From the IMG/VR virus record IMGVR_UViG_3300009983_000001, positions 1-52,756 of that record: a stretch of 52,756 bases of DNA; one strand, 5' to 3'. Below are positions 1-8,772 of the stretch, in pieces. The notes under the pieces were generated by a model. That model was not told the DNA's origin, did no database searches, and saw only the letters and a list, made by a program, of their open reading frames with translations. Origin of the DNA: a virus. The stretch's first letter is position 1. The number at the start of each line of letters is the position of its first letter. Position numbers and translations under genes: made by a program.

Positions 1-123
1 CCGCAAACGAGACATTGTTGTCGTTGCGTGAGGCGCTGCAATGGCAGATTGACATCGCTACCGCCGACCCTAACGAGTTGGTGCGCGTTGTGGCTGACAA
101 TTGCCGCTACTGTCACGGCATCA
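1..123. repeat. Left copy of the 123-nt terminal overlap (identical to 52634-52756)
   Basis: Both window ends carry the same string ccgcaaacgagacattg...ctgtcacggcatca. The repeat lies inside one continuous reading frame. Confidence 0.95.
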
Positions 124-554
124 ACCACGGCTACCAATGGAAAAACGAGGATGAATACATAGAGGCTTGTATCGTTGCGCAAGATAAAAACAAACCAACG
201 CCTAACGAAGCCGGCGGCTATGGGTTCGTGGGCAATGCTGCACCCGATCCAACGTGCCCGCATTGTTACGGCTGCGGTGTAGAGCGCACCATTATTGCGG
301 ACACAACAAAGTTAACGGGCAAAGCTCGCAAGCTGTACGCGGGCGCTGAGCAAGACCGATTCGGCTGCATCAAAATCAAGATGCACGACCAAACTGCCGC
401 GTGGGATAAAATCTTGCGCATGCGTGGCGCGTATAACGACAAGCTTGATTTGCGCACACCTCAACAGCGTGCTGAAGAAACACAACGCGCCAAGCTGCCA
501 GACGATATAACTATCGAAGACGCAAGCAAGGCGTATATCGACTTGTTGGGCTGA
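1..554 (+). CDS. terS: Terminase small subunit, C-terminal part (partial at the window start)
   Basis: Open frame from the window edge, with Cys clusters CRYCHG...CPHCYGCG. Stop is 1 nt before the terL ATG. Confidence 0.7.
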   Translation, partial: ANETLLSLREALQWQIDIATADPNELVRVVADNCRYCHGINHGYQWKNEDEYIEACIVAQDKNKPTPNEAGGYGFVGNAAPDPTCPHCYGCGVERTIIADTTKLTGKARKLYAGAEQDRFGCIKIKMHDQTAAWDKILRMRGAYNDKLDLRTPQQRAEETQRAKLPDDITIEDASKAYIDLLG

Positions 555-555
555 C

Positions 556-2301
556 ATGCTCGTCAATTCTGCACCCGGTCAGATCATCCCGCCTCACTCG
601 TTGGTAGTGCCCTCGGATGTCGTCATAGACGCCCCACGCATCGTGACGCCTGACGCTTTCGACTGGAAAAACCCCAACTATCTACCTGTGTGGAAAAAAC
701 GTGCTGAGCGTCTCGCCAAGCTGCGTGCCGATCCACAGTTGTTGCAAAAGGTGCGCTTCTACTATCGCAACGGACACTTTGCGGATTTCATCAATGATTG
801 GGGAGTGACGATCGATCCGCGCATCATTGGACGGCCAACGATCATGCCTATGATGTTGTGGCCCAAGCAACGCGCGTTTATTGATTTCCTCTATCGCAAA
901 TGGCGCGAGGGCGACGATGGGACGTGTGTAAAGTCGCGCGACGTTGGCATCTCATGGTTGGCCATGGGATTCGCATCAACACTGTGCATCTTCTATGATG
1001 ACGTGTCCGTCGGCTTCGGTAGTGAAAAGGAAGACAAAGTTGACCGTAGCGGCGACCCCGACTGCCTGTTCTACAAAGGCCGCATGTTCTTGCAATACCT
1101 GCCTGATATCTTTCGTGCAGGTTGGAACCTAAAACAGTACAGCGCACACATGCGCCTTACGTTCCCACAGACGGGGTCGTCAATCACTGGTGAGGCCGGC
1201 AACAACATCGGCCGTGGCGGCCGTAAGTCGACCTACCTTGTTGACGAATCGGCGCACATACCCAACCCCAAGGCGATAGACGCGTCATTGTCAGCGAACA
1301 CTAACTCGCGAATTGATATGTCGAGCGTCAACGGCATGGCGAACAGCTTCGCCGAGCGTGCCCACAACCCAGCAATCGAGCGTTTTGACTTCGCTTGGCA
1401 AGACGACCCGCGCAAGGATGCCGAATGGGAACGCAAGAAACGTGCAACGCTCGATCCCGTCATCTTCGCGCAAGAGTACGACCGCAACTTCACAGCGTCG
1501 ATTGAGGGGCAAGTTATTCCGACTGAATGGGTAGCCGCTGCGATCAATGCGCATCTCTTGTTCGGCCTCAAGCCGCAAGGCATCAAACGGGGCACGCTGG
1601 ACGTTGCAGACGCTGGGCGCGATGCGAACGCTTTCTGCGTGGGTCATTCATTCCTTGTCGAGACTATCGAGTCATGGCGCGGTACTGCTGACCTCGACAT
1701 CTACAACAGCGTCGAGCAAGCCTTTTTGCTGTGCGATACCCACGGCTTGCCCGAGTTCTACTATGACGCGGACGGCCTCGGCGCTGGCGTGCGCGGCGAT
1801 GCTCGCAAGATCAACGAGGCGCGACGCGCTGCCGGCGGCAAGATTATTAGCGTCCTACCGTTTCGCGGATCGGGCGAAGTGTTCGAGCCCGACAGCATCG
1901 TGCCCGGCACCGAACGCACGGCGTTGGATTTCTTCGAGAACGCGAAGGCGCAGGCGTGGTGGATGCTGCGTGCTTACTTCCAATACACCTACCGTGCTGT
2001 CGAGGCGTTCAAGCGCGGCGAGGTGTGGACCATCGACCCAGCGCAATTTATCAGCATAGCCGGCGATTTCACGTTGCGCGCACGCCTCACGGTCGAGCTG
2101 TCGCAACCCGTGTGGGCGCTATCCAAAAACGGGAAGGTGATGGTCGACAAATGCCCGGTAGGCACTAAGACTGAGGTGCGCAACTCGATTGCATCGCCAA
2201 ACCTCGCTGACGCGGTTATGATGCTGCGCGCCCCCCGTTACGGTGTCTTGTCTATCAATCCCGCTTTGTTGGCTGCTACGAGTGGCGCTATAAGGCGATA
2301 G
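556..2301 (+). CDS. terL: Terminase large subunit
   Basis: 581 aa. Walker-A-like VKSRDVGIS and Walker-B-like TYLVDESAH. Sits between terS and portal. Confidence 0.9.
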   Translation: MLVNSAPGQIIPPHSLVVPSDVVIDAPRIVTPDAFDWKNPNYLPVWKKRAERLAKLRADPQLLQKVRFYYRNGHFADFINDWGVTIDPRIIGRPTIMPMMLWPKQRAFIDFLYRKWREGDDGTCVKSRDVGISWLAMGFASTLCIFYDDVSVGFGSEKEDKVDRSGDPDCLFYKGRMFLQYLPDIFRAGWNLKQYSAHMRLTFPQTGSSITGEAGNNIGRGGRKSTYLVDESAHIPNPKAIDASLSANTNSRIDMSSVNGMANSFAERAHNPAIERFDFAWQDDPRKDAEWERKKRATLDPVIFAQEYDRNFTASIEGQVIPTEWVAAAINAHLLFGLKPQGIKRGTLDVADAGRDANAFCVGHSFLVETIESWRGTADLDIYNSVEQAFLLCDTHGLPEFYYDADGLGAGVRGDARKINEARRAAGGKIISVLPFRGSGEVFEPDSIVPGTERTALDFFENAKAQAWWMLRAYFQYTYRAVEAFKRGEVWTIDPAQFISIAGDFTLRARLTVELSQPVWALSKNGKVMVDKCPVGTKTEVRNSIASPNLADAVMMLRAPRYGVLSINPALLAATSGAIRR

Positions 2302-2312
2302 GAGCTTTCTAC

Positions 2313-4052
2313 ATGTCCACGCTTCTCAACTGGTTACGCGACAAGCTGCGTGCGTGGCTTGACGTTCCTACGCTGCTAACCAAAGCGCCTGTTGAGTTAG
2401 TTGATGCACCCAATCGCATCAGCATCCACCCATCATTGATGCAGCAGACGTTGGTCAAAGCTGGCGAGAACTACATTCAATATCGCAAGGTTGAACCGCC
2501 TTTGTTGCCTGTCAATGTGCGCGGTGATTTCCGCTACGACGCAACCAACGATCCCGGCCGACTTGGCGAACCCGTGCTTGCAATGGATGACGCGCAGAAT
2601 GCGCCCGCGTGGGCGTATCTCAACCAATCGAACTGCGGCATGGGTTTTCCCGGCTACGGCTACTTGAGCGAGCTATCGCAACGCAGTGAATACCGTTCAC
2701 CGGTTGAAACCCTAGCCGACGAGATGACACGCGAGTTCATCGACATTACTGTCAACGGTAAGGCGAGCAGTAAAAAGCGCAAGGCGCGCGGTCAGAAACT
2801 GGAAGATGCTGACGGCGACGGTGATGTCGACGGAGGACTCGAAGACAAAATCGAACAACTAGAAACCGCGATCAAAGAATTCAAGCTTGCTGAGCACTTC
2901 CATAAGCTTGCGACGCTCGACGGTTATTTTGGCCGCGCGCAGTTGTACATCGACATTGACACCGGTAATGGCAACAGGGACGAAATAAACCAACTGCCGC
3001 TTGTAGCCGATAAAGCAACGTTGAAGCGTGGCGCGCTGAAAGGCTTCAAGGTGATCGAACCGATATGGACGACGCCTTATAATTACAACGCAACCGACCC
3101 TACGCGCGGTGATTTCTACAAGCCTGTGGCGTGGTTCGTCATCGGCAAGCGTGTGCACTCTTCGCGCTTGCTGACGTTCATCTCACATGAGGTGCCTGAC
3201 ATCCTCAAGCCTGCGTATAACTTCGGCGGGTTGTCGATGTCGCAGCTTATGGAGCCCTACGTGTTCCAATGGCTGCGCACGCGCAACAGTGTGTCGGACC
3301 TTGTGCATAACTTCTCGGTGATGGTGCTCAAGACTGATATGAATGCGGTGCTGCAAGGCGACGCCGATGGTGCTGCTGCTGCAGGTATGGGCTTGCTAGA
3401 TCGCGCTAAATTGTTTGTAAACACGCGCGATAATCAAGGCTTAACGCTTATCGACATGAAGCGTGAAGAGATGCAAGAGGTACACACCAACCTTTCGGGC
3501 CTCGACAAGCTGCAAGCGCAATCGCAAGAACACATGGCAGCTCCTTCGCACATGCCACTCGTGAAGTTGACCGGCATCACACCTGCAGGCTTGAACGCTG
3601 ACAGCGAGGGTGAAATACAAGTTTGGTACGACCACGTGCAAGCACGCAAAACTTCGTTCTACGGCCCTCACATGCCGCGCGTATTGGAAATCCTGCAACT
3701 TCATCTGTTCGGCGCTATCGATCCTGCCATCGGTTACGCATGGCCGCCATTAAGCGCACCGACCGTCAAAGAGCTGGCGGAGATTCGCAAGAGCAACGCA
3801 GAGACCGACGGCATCTACATCGACAAGGGAGTCATTAGCCCTGATGAGTCGCGCGAACGTGTGGCCGCCGATCCTGACAGCGGTTACAACAACCTATCGG
3901 GTGCTGCCCCCGGCCCTCCCGAAGCGGGGTTGATGGAGCAAGAGCATACGCTCGGTCAGCAAAGTGCGGAAGCGGACCACGAGCGCGGAAAGGAGATGGT
4001 GACGGTGCAGGCGAAGCTTAAACCGGCAGCCCCTAAGCCCGGTAAAGGTTGA
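2313..4052 (+). CDS. Portal protein (DUF1073-type by recollection)
   Basis: 579 aa directly after terL, with an acidic/Lys-rich insert and a charged C-terminus. Size and synteny fit a portal. Confidence 0.8.
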   Translation: MSTLLNWLRDKLRAWLDVPTLLTKAPVELVDAPNRISIHPSLMQQTLVKAGENYIQYRKVEPPLLPVNVRGDFRYDATNDPGRLGEPVLAMDDAQNAPAWAYLNQSNCGMGFPGYGYLSELSQRSEYRSPVETLADEMTREFIDITVNGKASSKKRKARGQKLEDADGDGDVDGGLEDKIEQLETAIKEFKLAEHFHKLATLDGYFGRAQLYIDIDTGNGNRDEINQLPLVADKATLKRGALKGFKVIEPIWTTPYNYNATDPTRGDFYKPVAWFVIGKRVHSSRLLTFISHEVPDILKPAYNFGGLSMSQLMEPYVFQWLRTRNSVSDLVHNFSVMVLKTDMNAVLQGDADGAAAAGMGLLDRAKLFVNTRDNQGLTLIDMKREEMQEVHTNLSGLDKLQAQSQEHMAAPSHMPLVKLTGITPAGLNADSEGEIQVWYDHVQARKTSFYGPHMPRVLEILQLHLFGAIDPAIGYAWPPLSAPTVKELAEIRKSNAETDGIYIDKGVISPDESRERVAADPDSGYNNLSGAAPGPPEAGLMEQEHTLGQQSAEADHERGKEMVTVQAKLKPAAPKPGKG

Positions 4053-4064
4053 CGAGGTCGTCAG
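4049..4064. promoter_or_regulatory. Near-perfect copy of the genome-wide palindrome (tTGACGAGGTCGTCAG); possible promoter for 4085-4360
   Basis: 15/16 match to CTGACG-N4-CGTCAG. TTGACG, then a 17-18 nt spacer, then TTAGGG/TAGGGT, which ends about 7 nt before the ATG at 4085. Confidence 0.45.
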
Positions 4065-4084
4065 GCGTGCGTTAGGGTGCGGCC

Positions 4085-4360
4085 ATGATCATAGATGATG
4101 ACCCTTTCGGCGCTAACGAACCCGTGCAAGAGGCATGCGCCGTTCACGTGCCTACAGGTTTTAACTACTACAACATCAAACCTCACATCACACGCATGCA
4201 CGGGATGTGGTATTGCATTTGGCCCCTGTGGTTAAGCGGCACCATTACCGATAAAGAAAAAGAGGCGTACGGCCCGTATATGCGTTGGTTAAACGGTGTT
4301 GGTTTGTATGGGCAGCGCATCACCTCTACAGAAGTTCCCGAGCATTTGAGCATTCAATGA
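4085..4360 (+). CDS. Hypothetical Trp-rich protein (moron-like, between portal and MuF)
   Basis: 91-aa ORF whose stop overlaps the next start (ATGA). No recognisable motif. Confidence 0.5.
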   Translation: MIIDDDPFGANEPVQEACAVHVPTGFNYYNIKPHITRMHGMWYCIWPLWLSGTITDKEKEAYGPYMRWLNGVGLYGQRITSTEVPEHLSIQ

Positions 4361-5796
4361 AAAAGCTACGCGCCCCCACACGCAAGCCGGTTGTGTGCAA
4401 TCCAGTGTGGCCTAATGCTGGTGTGCAATCGTGGTACGACGCAAAGCTTGTTGAATTGATCGGCGAGGCTCAGCGCAGCCTGCATAGCGCCCTTGCCTAT
4501 TTGTGGCGCGACATTCCACCGCTATTCACACATGACGAAGCTTTAAATATTGAAGCCGACGCGGCCGGCGTCATGTTCGTTTGCGGCGATCAAATCTTGT
4601 TGCTACATCGCACTGACGGGCAAGGCTGGGCGTTCCCCGGCGGCAGCGTAGAGCCTGACGAGACCGCCGAAGCCGCTGCGCGTCGTGAAGTGTTCGAGGA
4701 AACGCTCTACCCTTGCAACGGGCTTTTAGAGTTGATCGACACACAACCCATTCCTGAAAGCTCGGCATTATTCGCTACGTTTGAATGCGAAGTGATAGAG
4801 CCGTTTATCCCTACGCTTAACAGCGAGCACGACGGCTTTGTGTGGATGACTGTAGCCGATGCGATAGAGATATTAGACGAGCCCGTCGGCAAGGTTTATA
4901 AGCGATTCTTACACCCCGGTGTGCGCCGCACGTTGGAGCATCTTCACGAGCGCCCGGTGAATGACGCCCCCAGCTCTACTAAAGCGTTGCAAGCGTTGCT
5001 TGCGAAATGGAGCAAGCAAGCAATCAAACGGTTCGATCTTGCATCGTTCGATCTTGCGAACAGTTTCGCATCTCGCAGCATGATCGCCACACAAACGGCC
5101 ATGATGACGCAGTTAAAAAACGCGGGTTTTACCGTTGCGTTTAAACCCACACGCGCCAGCATGGAAGCGTACAAGGCTGTTACCGCTGAGAACGTTGGGT
5201 TAATCAAATCTATTCCGCGTAAGTGGCACGAACAAATAGAGCAGAAAGTGTGGAATGCTGTGCGCACCGGCTCTGACTTGAGCAAGTTATCGGTGGAATT
5301 GCGCAATACTTACGGTTCAACAGTAAAGCGCGCCGCATTGATCGCACGCGACCAAAACGCGAAGGCTAAGGCGGTGATTGAACGAGTCCGACAGCAAGAG
5401 CTAGGCATTACGCGCGGTATATGGATGCATTCGCATGCCGGCAAAGAGCCACGGCCCACCCATGTTGCCATGAATGACAAGCCTTACAACTTGAATCAAG
5501 GCATGTACGACAGCGACGAAAAAGCCTACGTGCATCCCGGCGAGTTGATCAACTGCCGTTGCACCATGCGCCCGGTGATTGAAGGCGCGGACGATAACGC
5601 CGACGATGACGAACAACCGTCTAACATCATGCTTGGCGCTGCCCTGCGCAATGCCGAACGCAACAAGGACAAGCCGCGCTTTGCGGAGATGATCAACGAG
5701 CTACGCGAGCTGCGCGCCCAACGCACACGTTGGCGCGGTTCTGACGAGCTGAACTTGCGCGCGGATATTGACAACTTTTTAAACAGTGAGATTTGA
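4357..5796 (+). CDS. Head morphogenesis protein (Mu F / SPP1 gp7-like) with an embedded Nudix hydrolase domain
   Basis: Start chosen at the ATGA overlap (M25 of ORF 4285-5796). Nudix box GSVEPDETAEAAARREVFEE at 4642-4710. MuF-type C-terminal region ...HPGELINCRCTMRPV. Located after portal. Confidence 0.8.
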   Translation: MKKLRAPTRKPVVCNPVWPNAGVQSWYDAKLVELIGEAQRSLHSALAYLWRDIPPLFTHDEALNIEADAAGVMFVCGDQILLLHRTDGQGWAFPGGSVEPDETAEAAARREVFEETLYPCNGLLELIDTQPIPESSALFATFECEVIEPFIPTLNSEHDGFVWMTVADAIEILDEPVGKVYKRFLHPGVRRTLEHLHERPVNDAPSSTKALQALLAKWSKQAIKRFDLASFDLANSFASRSMIATQTAMMTQLKNAGFTVAFKPTRASMEAYKAVTAENVGLIKSIPRKWHEQIEQKVWNAVRTGSDLSKLSVELRNTYGSTVKRAALIARDQNAKAKAVIERVRQQELGITRGIWMHSHAGKEPRPTHVAMNDKPYNLNQGMYDSDEKAYVHPGELINCRCTMRPVIEGADDNADDDEQPSNIMLGAALRNAERNKDKPRFAEMINELRELRAQRTRWRGSDELNLRADIDNFLNSEI

Positions 5797-5798
5797 AC

Positions 5799-6014
5799 AT
5801 GCCACGAATGACACCGCAGCAAGCCGCCGAACAACTACTCGGCACGGCTCAATCGTTAGATGAGGTGGTCGGCGAAGGCATCGACACCTTGCCGCGCGCA
5901 TGGTGCCACGAGCTAGACACGCACGTTATGTGTTGCGAGTGTTGCGGCTGGTGGTTTGAAAGTGATGAAGTAGACGACGACGGCAACTGCGAGGATTGTG
6001 TAACATGCGATTAG
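5799..6014 (+). CDS. Small Cys-rich acidic protein (putative zinc ribbon)
   Basis: ATG at 5799 within ORF 5793-6014. Contains CCECCGWW...CEDCVTCD. Confidence 0.5.
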   Translation: MPRMTPQQAAEQLLGTAQSLDEVVGEGIDTLPRAWCHELDTHVMCCECCGWWFESDEVDDDGNCEDCVTCD

Positions 6015-6244
6015 CGAAAGTTCTATGTATCAGCCCCGGTGGTGGGCAAGTTGAAGTAGCCGCCACGGGCGAGCAAGGGTTGTGGATTGATCGTAACTTT
6101 ATCGCGGAAAAAGGCGTTATCGATATCCGCGATTTTGATTTGCCCAAACATGAGGAAGGAGGATTTGACCGCTGTGTTGCTACGATCCCCCCTTCATGGG
6201 CTCTATTTCCTGAATGGGAACATACGGAACCATTGAAGCCATGA
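6005..6244 (+). CDS. Hypothetical protein
   Basis: ORF 5996-6244; the ATG at 6005 overlaps the previous stop region. Its stop overlaps the next start (ATGA). Confidence 0.45.
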   Translation: MRLAKVLCISPGGGQVEVAATGEQGLWIDRNFIAEKGVIDIRDFDLPKHEEGGFDRCVATIPPSWALFPEWEHTEPLKP

Positions 6245-6507
6245 ATTTGCACGACCGCGCCGAGTTCGAGAAGCAACTCAACATCTACCAACACGCGTTT
6301 ATTGCCGCCCGTAACGTTGGCGCGGTCGAGGGTTGTGCGTGTGAAACCTGCGCCGAGGTGCGAATGAAGTTGCACAACGCGCGTTGCGATCTTGTCACGT
6401 GGGTTTCAACGTACACCGCGCAGCAAAGCATGGTCGCAGCGGCGCAAGCGTTAGAAAATTCCCGCAGGAATTCCGGGCCTATCGCCGACACGGGCGGTGG
6501 CAATTGA
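6241..6507 (+). CDS. Hypothetical protein
   Basis: Internal ATG at 6241 of ORF 6214-6507, coupled by ATGA to the upstream gene. Confidence 0.5.
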   Translation: MNLHDRAEFEKQLNIYQHAFIAARNVGAVEGCACETCAEVRMKLHNARCDLVTWVSTYTAQQSMVAAAQALENSRRNSGPIADTGGGN

Positions 6508-6680
6508 GTAATCGTGCGTTAGATGGAGCCGAACGCAAAGGACGCGAAGCGGCACTTGCCGGCAAGCTCGAAAGTGATTGTCCTTATGTCGATTTGCGCA
6601 AAAACCACGACAACCGGCTCACGTGGTCGCGTGCTTTCATTCGCGCATGGTTGCAAGGCTTCCGTAGCGTTAAGACATAA
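6504..6680 (+). CDS. Rmf/CrpP-fold-like small protein (TTG start)
   Basis: TTG at 6504 overlaps the upstream TGA. GREAALAGKLESDCPY...AWLQGFRS resembles the ribosome modulation factor core G.QAG.AG....CPY...W..GW. Confidence 0.45.
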   Translation: MSNRALDGAERKGREAALAGKLESDCPYVDLRKNHDNRLTWSRAFIRAWLQGFRSVKT

Positions 6681-6722
6681 ACCTGTAGCGTTCACCATAA
6701 CGGCGCGCTATGCTCGCGCCCC

Positions 6723-7931
6723 ATGCTCGCATTCGACCGCACCCTTGCAGACCGTGACGTCATCGCTTTTGACCGGGCGAGCGCTCGTAGTTTTGACGCT
6801 GACGGCCGCATGCATGTAACCGATTGCCGAGTGTCCAAGGCGAACGTGTGTCCCTATTACGGCCGCGAAATTCCCAATGCGCAGCGCCTCGGCCTTGACC
6901 CCAACAAGGTCTACATGATCTATCGCGATCCTGCGGAACTTGAGAAAGCCGCGCCCACATTTCGCAACGTGCAGTTGCTGATGAAGCATGACAAGGTCAA
7001 TGCGCAAGACGCGAAACTCGACAAAACTGTGGGCACCGTAGGCAACGTTCGGTTTGACGGTACATACCTTGTTGCCGATCAACTGACAGTATGGACCAAG
7101 GAAGGCATAAACCTGATTGAGACCGAAACTGCTGCCGAGTTGTCATCGAGCTATCGTTACGTTGCAGACATGACGCCGGGCATAACGCCCGAAGGTGTTG
7201 CATTCGACGGTAGAATGCGCGACATTATGGCGAACCACGTCGCGTTAGTGCGCGCGGGCCGTGCAGGTCCAGACGTTTATGTTAACGATGAATCTATTTC
7301 TTTGGAGTCTCCCACAATGAAGCGTCCCTTGTTGCTCGCTCAACTGATTGCATCCGGTTTGGTTGTTGGCGGTACCGAGGAACAGCGCATTGCGCTCGAT
7401 TCCAAGCTTGCCGACATGACGGCCAAAGACGGTGAAGCCGCAGAAATGGAAGACGACCCCGAGAATCCCGGTGCAAAGCGCAAGAAGATAAACCCCGGCA
7501 AAGGTGAACCTACCAAGCCCGGCGGCGCGCTGGCCAGTGACGAGCAAATCGAAGCCGCTATCGTAGCCAAGGGTTACGTTACGCTTGCCGATGCAAAGAC
7601 TCTCGCTGAAGACGCAGCGAGCCGCGCAACTATCGACGCTGTCGCCAACGTCAATGCCCTGCACACTGCACGCGAAGCCGTAAAGCCTCTCGTAGGTGTC
7701 GTGGCGATGGACTCGGCCGAGGCCGTCTACCGCTTCGCATTGGATCACGAGAAAGTCGCGCTTGATGGCGTGCACCCCTCTGCATTCCCTGCTTTGATTG
7801 CCCAAGTCGTAGCGCGTAAGACTGCGGTGCCTGTCGCGCCGGCCGCGCCTGTGATGGCAGCCGATGCTGCTGCCGCAGTCAGTGCTGCGTTGCCCGGTCT
7901 TGGACGCATCGCCGTAGGCGACCCGAAGTAA
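6723..7931 (+). CDS. Scaffold / prohead protease-like protein (DUF2213-like by recollection)
   Basis: 402 aa upstream of the capsid gene. Conserved N-terminal about 190 aa, then a charged and Ala/Pro-rich C-terminal half typical of scaffolds. Confidence 0.6.
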   Translation: MLAFDRTLADRDVIAFDRASARSFDADGRMHVTDCRVSKANVCPYYGREIPNAQRLGLDPNKVYMIYRDPAELEKAAPTFRNVQLLMKHDKVNAQDAKLDKTVGTVGNVRFDGTYLVADQLTVWTKEGINLIETETAAELSSSYRYVADMTPGITPEGVAFDGRMRDIMANHVALVRAGRAGPDVYVNDESISLESPTMKRPLLLAQLIASGLVVGGTEEQRIALDSKLADMTAKDGEAAEMEDDPENPGAKRKKINPGKGEPTKPGGALASDEQIEAAIVAKGYVTLADAKTLAEDAASRATIDAVANVNALHTAREAVKPLVGVVAMDSAEAVYRFALDHEKVALDGVHPSAFPALIAQVVARKTAVPVAPAAPVMAADAAAAVSAALPGLGRIAVGDPK

Positions 7932-7985
7932 CCCCACACCTTACCCCTTTCCAACTGTTCACCAAGTAATCGCGAGGCTTCTATC

Positions 7986-8714
7986 ATGGGCTTTCAACGA
8001 GTAGTTAATCAGCAACCAGCCCCCGCCGTCGCTGGTGATTTCGCAAGCAACAACCCGCGTACATCGCTGGTGCCTGCGGTCGAGGCTGGCCTTGTAGCCG
8101 GCGACGCCAATGTGCGTGTTGGCTATTTCGCGTGGGCTGCAAACGATGGCAAGGTGTACAGTTCGCTGGCTGCTGCCGCTGCCGTTGGTGGCGCAACCAT
8201 CGGTTTCGTTGCACGTCAGCCGAACATTCCGTCGGCGCTGATTACTGCATTCCTCGGCGAGTCCATCATGACGTTGCAGCTCGGCTTACCCGTCACGTTG
8301 CAAACCTCGGGCGACTATTGGGTCGACCTTGCGGCCATTGATCCGGGCGATGCAATCTTCGCGTTGGCGACCACTGGTGCGCCTTCGCTGGTCGATGACT
8401 CCACAACCGAGCCTACCGGCTTCGCAGGCGTATCGCAGTCCAAGGTGAACGCCGTCACAGCCAACACCACGACTATTGCGGCTACGACTGGCATCATGAC
8501 CATTGCGACCGTATCGTCGGGCGTTGTGGAAGCTGGCCAACGCGTCACAGGTACAGGCGTGCCATTTGGTACTTACATCCTGTATCAAATCAGCGGTACA
8601 CCGGGCGGTGCCGGTGCCTATCAAACCAACTCTCAGAACCGTGCAGCCGTGGCGGCCTTCGCTGCAACGATGGTTCAAGGCGACTTGGCTATTATCTCCA
8701 AACAGGGCGCATAA
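7986..8714 (+). CDS. Virion structural protein, paralog A (possible decoration protein)
   Basis: 242 aa. N-terminus SLVPAVEAGLVAGDANVRVGYFAWAANDGKVYSS aligns with 9915-10412. Confidence 0.6.
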   Translation: MGFQRVVNQQPAPAVAGDFASNNPRTSLVPAVEAGLVAGDANVRVGYFAWAANDGKVYSSLAAAAAVGGATIGFVARQPNIPSALITAFLGESIMTLQLGLPVTLQTSGDYWVDLAAIDPGDAIFALATTGAPSLVDDSTTEPTGFAGVSQSKVNAVTANTTTIAATTGIMTIATVSSGVVEAGQRVTGTGVPFGTYILYQISGTPGGAGAYQTNSQNRAAVAAFAATMVQGDLAIISKQGA

Positions 8715-8731
8715 CAGCGCCCTCGGGTTTT
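8704..8731 (+). terminator. Weak hairpin plus short T-run overlapping the stop of 7986-8714
   Basis: agggcgc-ataaca-gcgccct followed by cgggtttt. Only a 7-bp stem and 4 T. Confidence 0.25.
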
Positions 8732-8772
8732 CACGGTTTAATTAAATTTCCATAGGTTGAGGTAGTAATCAC

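Noticed and set aside
1-123. The 123-nt end repeat as a biological direct terminal repeat or attachment site
   Set aside because: It lies in frame inside the small terminase gene and has no flanking integrase. An assembly overlap of a circular or permuted genome is the simpler explanation.
7245-7937. 230-aa minus-strand ORF (plus 7340-7570 and 7745-7987)
   Set aside because: These are antisense to the Ala/Pro-rich C-terminal half of the scaffold-like gene, where low-complexity sequence keeps the reverse frames open.
8704-8731. Hairpin after 7986-8714 as a functional terminator before the capsid gene
   Set aside because: It has only a 7-bp stem and 4 T with a 4-nt gap, and terminating just upstream of the most highly expressed late gene is unlikely. 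I kept it only as a low-confidence feature.
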